A stretch of 63,628 bases of DNA, counting the filler, from Octopus bimaculoides (lineage: Eukaryota), in NCBI RefSeq assembly GCF_001194135.2. It is 7 parts of 7 records of this genome, joined end to end, with 100 filler letters (N's around TTAATTAATTAA, not from the genome) between each part and the next. Parts side by side here need not be neighbours in the genome. Positions count along the whole stretch, not along the records: positions 61,693 to 63,628 come from NW_026403147.1; 6 more parts are not named here. One strand, 5' to 3'. Below, in pieces: positions 63,034 to 63,628 of this stretch; position 1 is the first letter of the stretch; every line of letters begins with the position of its first letter. The notes below the pieces were generated by a model that had not been told where the DNA came from, ran no database searches, and was given only the letters and a program-made list of their open reading frames with translations. Made by a program: the position numbers and the translations under genes.

Positions 63034-63628
63034 ATATGAATGTATGTATGTATATATGAATGTATGTATGTATGTATATGTGAGTGTGTATCTGTGCGTG
63101 TGTGTGCGTCCGTCGCGTGCGGTAGCGTGTGTGTGTACTGAAAATAGGAATAGAACTGAATATATTATCATGTCTCTTCATGTATAAATATGATTACATC
63201 GTTCTTTAATTTCGTTAGTTATTGGACTGCGCCCAGACTGGGGCAGCTTCTTGAATGTTTGTTGAATGTTTCTGAATGTTTCAGGGGAACAACTCGATGT
63301 AACTACTTGTTAATTGTAGTCCTTATCCCCTCGGTTCTGTTTTTACTGAGCAGCTCAAGATGGGGACGTAACCAATACACCATCGATGGTCAAGCAGTGG
63401 TGGGTAAAATGCCATCCCCCGAGCACCCCCACACACGTACATACATCAGGCTACATTCAGTTGCTGTCAATCAAATTCTCTCATAAGTCAATAGCTCGGG
63501 TTGATAGGAGACTCAACATGGAACCATGTGGTTGCAAACACCAGACACTACTACTTGACTGCAGTTGTGCCACTCTTTGCTGTCACCATTCTTAATGGAA
63601 TAGAATTGTTTGTGGGACCGTCTCCTCA

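Overview
AT-rich, gapped eukaryotic scaffold. The SINE families, microsatellite load and gap style point to a coleoid cephalopod, most likely Octopus (inference). The only host gene I can support is the 3' end of a PIX-family RhoGEF (ARHGEF7/beta-PIX-like, + strand). Its last three coding exons (5663-5747, 7925-7979, 12023-12148) splice in frame to ...IYSPHVLIAEEEKIIDDVDGEEFVFKEKGLVDTVYTLKDHLKELSLEQKKLRKDLDEEVKARKKLESILPVTLKNAGHTTTWEENMT*. The rest is introns, UTR and intergenic DNA packed with decayed mobile elements: RTE, R4/Dong-like and CR1-like LINE fragments, at least five modular tRNA-type SINE families, Tc1/mariner, piggyBac and Helitron remnants, MITEs, Penelope-like tails, and microsatellites. 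Most long ORFs in the supplied track are microsatellite or N-gap artefacts. The most interesting observations are: (1) the beta-PIX tail lacks the canonical PDZ ligand, but two A-to-I edits could rebuild one (hypothesis); (2) CpG decay in homologous SINE copies switches at about 33 kb, suggesting a methylation-domain boundary and possibly an unrecognised gene body; (3) SINE modules are swapped between families, and one SINE is nested in another with a target-site duplication; (4) decayed hammerhead-like cores sit in Penelope-like tails; (5) there are several perfect hairpins. Family assignments come from my recall of protein motifs, not database searches. Transposon boundaries are approximate unless a TIR or TSD is cited.
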